From Octopus sinensis (taxonomy: Eukaryota), in NCBI RefSeq assembly GCF_006345805.1, contig NC_043007.1, forward strand, positions 56,420,001 through 56,484,000: a DNA stretch of 64,000 nucleotides, written 5' to 3'. Made by a program: the position numbers and the translations under genes. Below the pieces are notes generated by a model. That model was not told the origin of the DNA. It did no database searches and saw only the letters and a program-made list of their open reading frames with translations. Positions 1 to 11,643 of this stretch are shown here, piece after piece (position 1 is the first letter of the stretch; every line of letters begins with the position of its first letter).

Positions 1-712
1 TGAGGAAGAACTTTGTAGCCAAGTTCCCTCAACTTTTGGAGCATCATTAGTGAAACGTGCGGTCGAGCATTGTCATAAAGAATGATTGGCCCTCTTATGT
101 TGACCAGTCTGGGACGGAGGAGTAGCAATTTTTCGTTCATTTTGGCAATTTCATGACAATATGTTTCTGCAATAATAGTTTTCCCGAGTTTTAAGAAGTT
201 ATAGTGGATGAGTCCAGCAGTACACCACCAAACAACAGTCACCATAACCTTCTTGTTGAAGAGCTCGGGTTTAGGGAAGATTTTCGGTGCTTCATTTTGA
301 TCCAACCACTGCTAAAAACGATTTTTATTATTGTTCATAATCCATTTTTCATTGCAATACGGTCGAGAAATTGATTGGTTTGGTTATGAAGAAGCGACGA
401 GAAAATTTCATATCGGCGCATTTTCTGATTTTCAATCAAATCGTATGGTACCCATTTATCGAGCTTTTATAATTCTCCGATCGTATGCAAATGGTTGCAC
501 GCAGTTTTCTGACTAACTTGAAATTCTTTTGCCAGTTCTCGAGTAGTTTTACGTGGATCTTCCTCAGTAACGGTCTTTAATTGACTGTCATCGATGACAG
601 ATAGGCGTCCACTACGCTCACGATCTTCAAGGCTCTGGTCTCCACTGCGAAACGTTTAAACCATTTTCTTGAATAGCAAAATTGCTCGAATATCGCGCTT
701 TGACAGTTCCAT
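1..712 (-). pseudogene. Degraded mariner transposase (stops, frameshifts, internal HTH deletion)
   Basis: ATG at 710-712; WVP and DNARPH motifs are recognisable; the reading frame is disrupted. Confidence 0.85.
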
Positions 713-723
713 TTCAGATGATT

Positions 724-2404
724 ATAACATTATTCTTTCTTTTGGCACTACGGTCATAACACAGAGGGAACAGCACAAGGACAAACAGGACACTACAGTG
801 GGGACATATAACAGAACAAACGAATGAAGGATGAATTATGATAATGGAGGTAAAATGGCTGCATGATCCCCACTCAGAATCAGTATGATTTTAAATGTTT
901 TAGTTAAATGTTTTTATATCTTTTTTTCCCTCTTAGTATCAGTATTATGTTCATTAAATTCTCAACATTTACTTTTTTTTCACTATTTTATGTACGGTGT
1001 TTGGTCCTTATAATCTGTCACTGGCGGCAAGCAATCGAACTCCACGCGTACTCCTGCTGGGTCTATCTTGTCTCCAAATAATTCCCTCAATCTTGCACAC
1101 CTCTCTTGGTCAATCACAATTGCCTTGGTGCTCTCTGGATAATATTCCGTTGTTAACTTCACTATCGACTTCATTTTGGTTATTTTCTTTTCAATTAACA
1201 TGTTTTTTTAATATGTCACCATACGCCATTTCCTTTTTGTTTCTTTGTTTTGTTACTTGTTCCTGTATTTCCACTTGGTTTTCTACGTTGGTTTCCCTTG
1301 TTGATATTGTTGGAATCTCCTTCTGTTTCTTTTTCTGTTTATTTTCCTTTATTTTCTTTAGTGGACTCTTTGGCGGTGAGTCCACGTTTTCCTTCCTTTT
1401 CTTTTTCATATTTACTACCGCATAATACTCATCAACCTTCTCTGGACATTGATTACTCACAGGGGTCGCCGCTTCGGCATTTTGCACCTGCTCGGCACCC
1501 TGTCGCTGCTGTTCCTGTTCACCTTTCTCCTCGTTCTGGTAACAAGCTGGAGGTCTTCACCACTACTCTTAATTTTACTTCCTCCGGTAGTATCACCTCC
1601 TCCGTTATTTTGTGCAAGTCTTGCAAAGTTACCTGGATCGCCACCTCGAGGCCGTAACCCCATCAGTTTACCTCTTTCGTTCTCGTTACTTTTAAAACTT
1701 TCGCCTCCTCTTCCATGTTGTACATAATGGCTGCCACGCCTCTTCAGTCTCCGGGGGTACTCTGCCTATTCTCACCTTGACCACTAGCCTGCCACAGTAA
1801 GTCGGCAGAAGTACCCACTATGGTGCCCTTAGCGTCACAGTGGAGTAGTTTATCGCTTCTTGCTCGCTAGCGAACCTAACCTCCACTGTGCCGTATTTTT
1901 TCCTCTGGTATAGAATATTGTAAGGTTCTTTACCTCCTTCAAACACTCTTCTATGGCTTCCACAGTAGCTATTTCAATTCTTTTCGTTGCCGTAGACAGC
2001 GTTCTATATACTACTTTCATCTTAGTTGCGCTCGCTGTGAATTCTTGTGGCGGGGTCAACCTTAAACTGGTTTCCCACTTCTCAATTAGTCTGTTAAATT
2101 CCTTTAGCTTCTTTTCCTCCATCTTCACCTCTCGAACCTGTAGTGCGTCTGCAGTTAAACTTCTTCCAGTGGCTGCAGCATAGTTGCCGGCTGGGACTGG
2201 TTCGATTTCCATCCTTCCTTTTTTCACTACTTCACCCATAAATGGGAAAGAGAACCATTATTAAAACACAGCAAAAAACAGCAACTGACATTTCAAAAAT
2301 TCAACAGTGAAGTTTAAACAATAGGTTCACCCTTACAGGAGGCCTTCAACAATTAATCAACAATGTGACTTACGTCTAACATGGATCAAACAAGGATTAA
2401 CTTG
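724..2404 (-). mobile_element. Non-autonomous LINE-like insertion carrying only a degraded ORF1-like gene
   Basis: Flanked by the 10-bp direct repeat tcagatgatt (714-723 and 2405-2414). A-rich 3' end (aaaaaagaaagaat). Broken ORF 983-2239 with RPPACY, the start of a deleted zinc knuckle, and a basic C-terminal region. No RT or endonuclease motifs seen. Confidence 0.6.
983..2239 (-). pseudogene. Degraded LINE ORF1-like protein (~400 aa when frames are joined)
   Basis: ORF pieces 1850-2239, 1191-1487 and 983-1201, plus the intervening frames VAAIMYNMEEEAKVLKV...LRVVV and RPPACYQ. Confidence 0.5.
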
Positions 2405-3331
2405 TCAGATGATTGGTGAAAAAAATATCAATGTTAATTTATTGATGCATTTGGGCAAGTCTATGTCTGTACCATCAGACAATTGCAAAAAATACAGAAT
2501 GTTTAAAAAACATTCAAAACTCTGCAAAAATCCGGTACAAAATCTTCATGGTTGAAACGTTGCTTACTTTTTATTCAACTTGATAGAAGGCGGCAAGCTG
2601 GTAGAATCGTTAGCAGAAAGGATTATATTAGGAACTATATTTAAGATAAATATTAAACACATAATATATAATCTATTATATCAAAATACTAACAATAAAT
2701 TCTTGTGGTGTCAAATATTTATCACACTGTATGAATGGAATCGAAGGAGAGAGAGAAAGGCAGAGAGAAGGAAAGAAAGAGAAAAAGAGATTAAAACGAA
2801 CGGTACGAGGACATGCACAATACAAAAACCGTACACACAGAGAGAGATGACGCTTAGCTGTGTGAATATGTATGCTTGTATATGTGTGTGGGGGGAGAGA
2901 GAGAGAGAGGGTGTTACGTGTATATGCGCGCTTGCCATTAGCGTTCGAATGTTTGTGAGTGTGTGTATGTGAAAGGATTCATGTGACGAACGAGGAAGCT
3001 GAACCTATTGGGGAAAATTGTTAATGACAAGAAGAGGTAAAAACACAAACGGTGTTGATAAGCAAGAATATTTTGCATAAGCCACAGTAAATTTGAATAG
3101 AGTGAGTAAAGTTTGATTGAGCTGGAATTCCCATGTCTCAGTGTACCGAACGCGTTATATAGCATTGTTTATGCATTAATTTTTATTCAACACTGCTTCA
3201 TGCGACTTTATTTAATTAACTATAGCTGACCGAGCTTTAAGCATAACAGTAAATTTACTGTTTGCTCTTCTCATATATAAGAAAAGTTGCTCTTTTAGGG
3301 CTATAGAAGAGAATTCAGTATTCGTGGCTGA

Positions 3332-3394
3332 TTACGCGTAACAGTGCGGAAATGCATGAGTCCTACGATCCGGTGACGTCATTCATAGCCCAAT
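3332..3394. promoter_or_regulatory. Cluster of transcription-factor-like motifs (TTACGCGTAA palindrome, GCGGAAAT ETS-like, TGACGTCA CRE, CCAAT)
   Basis: Motifs read directly at 3332-3341, 3346-3353, 3374-3381 and 3390-3394 in a locally CpG-rich patch. Confidence 0.3.
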
Positions 3395-5837
3395 GTCTTT
3401 TCACACATGTGTGTATAATGAAGATCTTCTTCCGAGACTATTTCAACAGTGAAAGATATTCCCATGTACGAATATATTCGTACACGTTCGTGTATATATA
3501 TATGCACGGACGTGTTAAATATTGTGCATTCATGTATTTTATTCAACGCTCCTTCGTGTGACTCTGTTTAAAGTATTATATTAATAACACTATGTATATA
3601 ATGTAGTATGTTAATAACAATAACGATAATACAATATTAAATATCGTATTAATAATAGTAATTATGCTGCAAAATATGCTAACACTAACTATGCATTATA
3701 TAAAATATACTAAGAACAGTATAATACAATACGAAGTACATTAATAACAGTAGCGATAATGTAATATCAGATATTATATTAATAGCACTAAATATAATGT
3801 AAAAGTTTTATATTAATAACTGTCTTAATATAAGACATTTGATTAATAATAGTAAGCATAATATAAATTGTTATATTAATATAACTGTTTGTGAATGACG
3901 TTAATTGGCAAAAACGGTGGATCTTGAATATCCGACTGTATTTAGGTTCATAAATTTACTTCGAGTTCAAACTCCACCACAGCCCCCTTTATCTACTCGT
4001 GCTTGGATTAAATAAATACTAATAACCTACACAGGTTGATTAAATAACCTTTGTAGGTTTATTATTACTAAAAGAAGAAATTAACCTTTACTTTCGTAAA
4101 ACACACATGCACCCATGCATATACAACTGTGTGCATGTGCTGCATACATATGTATATTCATACATTAATACTTTCATACATCTGTGTACGTACGCACGCA
4201 TACACACTCATACACACCTACACACATACACATGCATATACACACACACACATAAGGAAGATTGTTATTACATGATTACATCAGCTCCACTATATAACTG
4301 CACGAGAATATAGTTTTAAATACCTCAGAAATGATTAGCTTTTTGCCTCTTTCTTTTTATTTTTATAAGTGGTGGGAGGAATGTCAGCTCACGGCATGGC
4401 TGTAATTCAGTCGAATGAAGATTACTTAATGAATAAGATAAAATAAAAACAAAAAGCAGAGAGAAGCATAATATAAAATATATGAAAAACAACGCAGTGC
4501 AAAAGACAGTACCCCTTCCCCGCCAATAAATAAATAATAAAGTAAAATAAATCAACGTTAGAAACATAACATAAATATAATAAAATTACCAAAGAGAGAA
4601 ATAACAGCAGACATAGCAGCAATAACAAATACAAATGAAATCAAATAAAACAGAACTGCATCCGGTTCAAGTAAATGTCTAACGTAACTAAACACACGTG
4701 ACATAATATTAGGTCAGGTGTCAAATCTCAACCGGCTTTCTTCATTCAGAGTTAGAATTTTTAGTAATCTAGCTACATTACAGTATTAACTTTCGCTAGT
4801 ACGTTGGAGATTGCGAGACAGTTAAAAGGTTTGGCATGAATACTTTTGTAGTATTTAATTTCGTCCTTCTAAACTTCGAATTTAGCTATTACTGGGACCA
4901 AGGTTGGATTCACTACACACCGATATTGATAAGTATCAGCAATATATGTTCTAAACTCCGGTAATCCAACTATTAACTCTCTCTCTCTCTCTCTGCTGTC
5001 AACAAAAATGGCCTTGCGTAATAATAGTATCATAAAACAAGACGAAAGCATTTTGTTTGAGGTCAGTTACTTTGAATTCTGCTATTTATAACGGTTTCTG
5101 ATTTCTGATTTAATTCTGCCTCAAATGAAGCATGGCGAATTTTTCTACTTTCCAACAACCTATCTCCACTTGAATAAAATATGTTTTGTATTTAGTCAAA
5201 AAACGTAATCTGGAGCAAAGGAAAGTTACCTCAACCAGTTTCGATCCTTAGGGGAAGTTGTTATTAGTTTTTTCACTGGGAAATATTGTTGAAGTCCCAT
5301 TATTACATCTTCAGGAATACATATTATGATATTTAAAAAAATGCTTTATAATTAGTTATGCGTATGTAACTTTTACTAAAAGAAAAATTATTAAAATCTA
5401 AACTGTTTAGAAAATTCTGGAAATTCCAATCTTATATATATTTTATCAAAATGTGGTTTTGAAGGCCTTTCAAAATATTTCAACTATACAGTTCAATCAG
5501 AAATCTAATTTGAATTCACTGCGAGAAAGTCAATATTTTTCAACATCTTACTCCTTTCCATCCTGATGATAAAGATCTTTGATGTAAAAAAGGAATAAAG
5601 ATTCGTTTTTAAACATGCATTGCATCATTTATTGTAGTCGTGGTTATTGTTGTTTCGTCCAAGAGAAGCTCTAATCGAGCAAATCCATGACCAGAAACGG
5701 TCTCCCGTGATCATGGCATCATTTTCGATATAGCTATCATTATCCAACAATTCCTCCGTTTTAAAAGACGGCAGTGTTGAATTGGGAAGAAAAACTGACT
5801 GGCAGTTGGAGAACCATGTCATGACTCTATTTTTGGC

Positions 5838-5964
5838 TCATAGTTCTGGCAGTGGATTTTCGGATGAAGTATTTCTGGTAGAACTGATTTTAAATACAAT
5901 AGAAGTTTTGGGGGGAGAAAATTCCACTACGTTGTTCAGGGAAACTTTTTGTTTCTGGGCAGTA
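5838..5964 (-). CDS. Candidate terminal exon (TAQKQKVSLNNVVEFSPPKTSIVFKISSTRNTSSENPLPEL*)
   Basis: gtatag acceptor; open phase-2 frame to TGA; non-repetitive sequence. Confidence 0.2.
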
Positions 5965-6384
5965 CTATACAGTATTAAATGTCGGCTGAGGGATATAAAC
6001 ACGTATGTATAACTAAAAACAAAACTACGGAGCATTTAATACAAAAAGTACATCGATATAACTTATTGAAATCTGGAGCCTGACAAATATTACTCTGAAT
6101 TTCGTGGACTATTATAAAGATTAAACAAAGGCATTTAGTATTTTATGGTCTTGCTGTAAAAATATTTGAATATCAGAACGAACTTAATAATGCAAAACAT
6201 ATTTTGACTTGACTTGCAAAAGACACTTGATAGCTATGAGATATTTGACTGGCACTATTATTTTTAACAAACACATGCAATTTTCATTACATGTATATTA
6301 TTCACACACATTCCATGCCCAACCCCGTCACATACATGAATATTTATATGCACAGGCATGACTATGCTGTTAAAAAATCAATTA

Positions 6385-6500
6385 GATCCACCCCAATACA
6401 CAACTAGTACTTAATTTATCGACCCCGAAAGGATGAAAGGTAAAATCGACCTCGGTGGAATTTGAACTCAGAACGTAAGGACGGCATCGACTAAGCTATC
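6385..6500 (-). mobile_element. Octopus tRNA-derived SINE, family A, partial
   Basis: Core ttaatttatcgaccccgaaaggatgaaagg...cctcggtggaatttgaactcag matches the other copies in the window; B-box GAGTTCAAATTCC on the minus strand. Confidence 0.8.
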
Positions 6501-6509
6501 GAATCTTGT

Positions 6510-6750
6510 TACAGAGCCTTTCGACACACTGCGTTTCCTGGCTCTGTTGTAGTCTTCGAATGATGCTATCCCGCTGGTTAAGGTGGGTAATTGAACATCA
6601 CCAGTGAATGGAACGCCAGTTCATCAGTTCATCGCAGGGCTACGGATTTACAGCTGAGTTGACAGGGCAACGTTAAACAATCGCTGGTATGGGGGTGGGA
6701 ATCACGGTCTTATGACCTTGAGGACAACACCGAAATTACTAACTCATGTA
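6510..6750 (-). mobile_element. Diverged SINE related to family C
   Basis: gctgagttgacagggcaacgt and tRNA-head-like gggaatcacggtcttatg segments resemble the copies at 41945 and 49400. Confidence 0.45.
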
Positions 6751-6754
6751 CTAA

Positions 6755-6792
<38 letters not shown>

Positions 6793-6902
6793 CACACACA
6801 TACACACACACACATCCATATTGTCTTTTATAAAGTATAATTGATTGTATGTGTGGTTGAAGCAAGTAAAAGATAAAAGATACGTGAACGTGGGTGTGGG
6901 CG

Positions 6903-6951
<49 letters not shown>

Positions 6952-6983
6952 TTTATTTTAAGCAGCAGAAAATTCAACAAAAT

Positions 6984-7021
6984 CTGTTACTCTGAGTTTC
7001 TCGTTGCCGTTCATCAGACAG
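6984..7021 (-). ncRNA. Minimal type I hammerhead ribozyme motif in the 3' pLTR
   Basis: Minus strand reads ctgt-CTGATGA-a-cgGCAAcg-a-GAAA-ctcagag-TA-acag: 4-bp stem I, canonical core, GNRA-capped stem II, near-palindromic stem III, GUA cleavage triplet. Confidence 0.8.
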
Positions 7022-7991
7022 TTTTTGCTAGAATGGAACTTATATATTAATTCAATCTATACTCTTACAAACGCTACACCTTTAAAAAGAAATGGACTTG
7101 TTTGATTGGCCCTTTAGAAAAAACGGTCAATCTTCGAGCGATAAACAAAAAGGTCAAAAATATATGTATATATATATATAAAAACTTATAAAAATTATAA
7201 AAATTATAAAATCCGAGGAAAAAACCGAGGAAAAAACCTATTGCCGTTAATGAAGACAGTACAAATTAATGCATAGAAATTAAACCTGTTATAAAAACTG
7301 CAGTACATATTTATATTAAAATCCACATATATATATCAACATACACAAAAGGATGCGCGTAAACGCCATACATATATATACAGACGTATGAATATGAATC
7401 TAAATTATACACATAAAAGCATGTGTACATATATTCACGCAAACCGTCTCGCACGCAAGCTAAAATTCATCTATGTAGCAATTCTCATATACTGAGCAAG
7501 GAGGGGGAACGAAAGAAAGGGAAAGAGAGAAAAAGGAACGAAGGAGGGGTGGGGAAAAAACTTGTAGCGATGTTATTGGCATCTATAGAGGCCAGTATAC
7601 ATACACAAGTTTGAATTGATACATATACATACCGTCGTGTGTATGCGTGCTTAAGCACAAGCATACTTTCACTTACACATACACAGATACGCATGCTTAC
7701 AAATACATATGCTTTGCTATACACATACTTATATAAACATTCTAATTTTGACAACATTGCTTTTTTTTAAAAAAAACATTGCTTTTAAAAATGGGGTGCA
7801 TTAATAAAAATATATACGAAAGACATATAAAATAAATATAACATCCTATTTTTGGGTCATTTATAAATAATCAAGGTATATAAATAATCAAGGTAATCCT
7901 ATGCAATACAATAACATGAAAACAAAGTTTGTAGTTTTTCCTAATATATATGTAGAAACAATAAGACTTTGCTATAGATCCGTCGTAGCGC

Positions 7992-10164
7992 TCAAGAGTC
8001 AAAATCAAAATCAAAATCAAAATACAAAATATATACTCTATCCATATGGATATTTATATTCGACATTTTAAATTTAGCCGCGTGCCTACATAAGTTCATT
8101 AACTCACTTCTTTGATTCAAAGAATTATTGTCTTTGAATAAGATGTGCATTTTCTCTAATAAGCAAAGCCTGCACTTGAAATTATATTTGTAAGCTCCAT
8201 GCCTGTATGGTGCCGCCCTGTCCAGAATGCTCCATGTCACGTTGAAAGGTGGGGCTTCCTTTTCTTTTAGTTCCCAGACATATTTTGCTAGGCTGGTTTT
8301 CTTCCTATTCTCTGGGTATTTAAAAGAATTCTTATGAGAATAAAATCTTGTTTTAAATGAATTTTCTGAAGCCCCTGTGTATGTCTTGTATTCCGATGAG
8401 CCTTCCACTTGCACCTTGGCTCTATAAACTACTCCTTTCACTAGACATTTCCCTTCTAACGGACAGGAGCTTTCGTTTTTGAAATTACATTTCTTAATGG
8501 GCTCGGCACCATGTCTAATCTCAATTAGCTTCCTATTATGTTGGCTAATGTAAGAGTCGAAATTTCTGCAACAAGAATAGCTAACCTTCAGGGTTCTTCT
8601 ATTAAATATTCTGTAGAATTTATGACCCTGCTTAAAATGCTTAGGGACTAATCTCAAAAATTCCTTACCTATATTAGTCTTTACGGCCAAATTGAAAGCC
8701 GAGTTGAACCACAAAACTTTCCTGGTCCTAGTTCTTCGTGCAGCATTATTATTAGCATTAAGCTGGTTGAACTGGATCTTCTCCGAGAATCCACTATTCT
8801 TTAATGCGCTATCGTAATAAGGTGCAGCATTATGGAATGCTGCCTCGTCCGAAGAAATTGAAGATATTCTTCTACCTACATTGCTGACTAAGTTGCTAAG
8901 GATAACTGGTGGATGGTTCGAATCTTTGCTAATATACGATAGCTTTTCATTGGGCTTACGGAAAGGTTTAATCTATCCGATCTTACATTAAAATTACGTC
9001 TAAAAAATCTACACTATTCAGGTAGTATCTATCGTAATCCGTAAGCCCATCCTTTGAAAGAAAGCTATAAGGTCCTTCCTAAGTCTATCTGATTCATGAC
9101 CGTTTAGATTATGCGTGGCTATAAGGCCGTCATCCCTATATAGACCTGCATCTATAAATGGGAATTCTATTTTTAGATTATGGAGAATAAAGGCTCCTAT
9201 GAGCATACATAATTCAGCCCCGTCGTATGCCCCCATCGGTACATCGAAAAGAGAATCCTCAGTCTTCTTAATCCAGGTGGAATCCTCGAAAAACAGAAGC
9301 GATTTCCTCGCATGCATAATAATTTCAATTTCCGAGCTATCGATGTTGACATACTGCTTGGCGAAGTCCAATGCCCTTAGGAGCAACGTCCTAGATATCG
9401 ACGGGTAAAAGTCAATAATGTCGAATTGTGTGAAACTACAATTATTCTTATAGCTAATACCTTTAAACCACTCTATAACTGACTTACTATTCTTCCAAAT
9501 TCTCAAGTCTACTTCACTATCTAACTTAACTAAAATACGGTCCAAAATATTTTGCTAATAATTCCTATCTCAGTTTTAGCCGGATTTATCAATCTACATT
9601 TGGGTTTTCTACTAAAATTGTCTTTATGGTCTTTCAGAGTAATAAAAGCTGGTCGTGGTGAAAGGTATTCAATCCTATCGCTAATCTTAAGATCGTTAGC
9701 TATTCCTCTTGCTTCTAAGTTCACCTCTTTGTATATATTCGTGTTGTCTTTTTGTATGTGTCCGTGACACTATTCGAAATCAGGCGTTTATAAACGTCCT
9801 TATCAAGTGCATATAAGTTCCTTGTCTTGCCAGAATTAACGAAGATCTTATTCGAGTCGTTAATCTCCTTAATTTTTTCTCTCATGTTTTTTTGCAATTG
9901 GTTGGTAAATTTGCGGAATTTAATTTTCCTAATAAGCTCGAAAAGGTCTTTCTCGAAGGCTTCTAATTCCGAATCGGTGGCGGGTTCTGGGAGATTTAAA
10001 TCCATATTTGTTACCTTCTATTTTCTGTTTATTATCAAAGAAGAAGGCTTTCCATTCAGTCTTCTAATAAACTCTTCTGTTTTCTCTATAAGACCTTTGA
10101 TATATTGTTTCCGTGCAGGGATAAGTATATTTTTCTGAGAAAAATCCAGCGGGTAAAGTTCCAT
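7992..10164 (-). pseudogene. PLE polyprotein (RT plus GIY-YIG endonuclease) with several frameshifts
   Basis: MELYPLDFLRKNILIP...WKAFFF; LKDHK...CRLINPAK; FDIIDFYPSI; MGAYDGAE; GLYRDDGL; CPLEGKCL..VVYRA..YTG..FKTRFYSH..CRLCLLEK..NQRSELMNLCRH. Confidence 0.92.
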
Positions 10165-10948
10165 CTTTTTCAGCTGTTTGTTCTTCCTACTTGTGCAGAG
10201 TCGCTCAAACTTTTACAAGGAGCGGGTTAGACCGGAGTAAACACATATGTATTTGTAAACACATATGTATTTGTAAGCATGCGTATCTGTGTATGTGTAA
10301 GTGAAAGTATGCTTGTGCTTAAGCACGCATACACACGACGGTATGTATATGTATCAATTCAAACTTGTGTATGTATACTGGCCTCTATAGATGCCAATAA
10401 CATCGCTACAAGTTTTTGTCCCCACCCCTCTTCGTTCCTTTTTCTCTCTTTCCCTTTCTTTCGTTCCCCCTCCTTGCTCAGTATATGAGAATTGCCTACA
10501 TAGATGAATTTTCGCTTGCGTGCGAGACGGTTTGCGTGAATATATGTACACATGTTTTATGTGTATAATTAGATTCATATTCATAACGTCTGTATATGTA
10601 TGTATGGCGTTTACGCGCATCCTTTGTGTATGTTGATTATATATATTGGATTTTAATATAAATATGTATTGCAGTATTTATAACAGGTTTAATTTCTATG
10701 CATTAATTTGTACTGTCTTCATTAACGGCAATAGGTTTTTTCCTCGGTTTTTCCTCGGATTTTATAATTTTTATAATTTTTATAAGTTTTTTTATATATA
10801 TATACATATATTTTTGACCTTTTTGTTATCGCTCGAAGATTGACCGTTTTTTCTAAGGGCCAATCAAACAAGTCCATTTCTTTTAAGGTGTAGTAGCGTT
10901 TGTAAGAGTATAGATTGAATTAATATATAAGTTCCATTCTAGCAAAAA

Positions 10949-10986
10949 CTGTCTGATGAACGGCAACGAGAAACTCAGAGTAACAG
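10949..10986 (+). ncRNA. Minimal type I hammerhead ribozyme motif, identical copy in the inverted pLTR
   Basis: ctgtctgatgaacggcaacgagaaactcagagtaacag. Confidence 0.8.
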
Positions 10987-11088
10987 ATTTTGTTGAATTT
11001 TCTGCTGCTTAAAAAAGCATATTACTCTACCACTGGTATTTGAGTACTCTTTTTTCCACCTTGTTTCACATTTATGTGTTTACTCCGG

Positions 11089-11136
<48 letters not shown>

Positions 11137-11148
11137 TATATATATATA

Positions 11149-11190
<42 letters not shown>

Positions 11191-11206
11191 TATATATATA
11201 ATGTAC

Positions 11207-11256
<50 letters not shown>

Positions 11257-11264
11257 TATATATA

Positions 11265-11625
11265 TATACCAAAAAAAAAAAAATAAGCAACAAGAATGGA
11301 TCGGTAGTTTAGTACAATTGTTTCATACTATAAACATTTTATTAAAGCTGCAAATATTACAGCAAATATAATGTCAAGTAATCTTCAGCTAAATTTCATA
11401 TAGGTTTTCCAAACATCTTAGAGAGTGTAAATATACTTATAAAGTTATTGATGTGAGTTCCAGGAACTTGAAGTAAGATTCCAAGCAGACTATATATGTA
11501 TTCCAAAAATACAAAGTTCTTAAATTGATTATTGACATCCCAGAGAAGGTAAATATACTCATAAAGATGTGGATATAAATTTCAAAAAACATGAGGAAAG
11601 ATGCCGATCAGACCACGATTAAGTT
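11265..11625 (-). mobile_element. ORF-less PLE-pLTR-like fragment embedded in (TA)n and carrying a hammerhead
   Basis: ~360 bp of unique sequence between two (TA)n tracts, with an internal diverged direct repeat (tttat[g/a]agtatatttac) and an HHR motif. Confidence 0.55.
11308..11393 (-). ncRNA. Type I hammerhead ribozyme with extended stem II
   Basis: Minus strand reads tttag-CTGAAGA-[~57-nt hairpin: tact/agta, acatt/aatgt, gctgtaa/ttgcagc]-GAAA-caattg-TA-ctaaa: 5-bp stem I and palindromic ACAATTGT stem III. Confidence 0.8.
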
Positions 11626-11643
11626 CGCATATATATATATATA

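Larger units (their letters stand above)
1..2583 (-). mobile_element. Mariner (DD34D) DNA transposon, truncated by the window edge and split by a 1.7-kb insertion
   Basis: Minus-strand translation gives MELSKRDIRAILLF, WFKRFRSGDQSLEDRERSGR, KWVPYDL, KKVMVTVVWW and YDNARPH. A mariner-type 5' TIR (tcaagttgaataaaaagtaagc) ends at ~2583 next to TA. Confidence 0.85.
6956..11089 (-). mobile_element. Near full-length Penelope-like retroelement (RT plus C-terminal GIY-YIG) with inverted pseudo-LTRs
   Basis: Arms 6956-7711 and 10262-11014 are near-identical inverted repeats. The internal ORF remnant has RT and GIY-YIG motifs. (TA)n lies on both sides. Confidence 0.92.
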
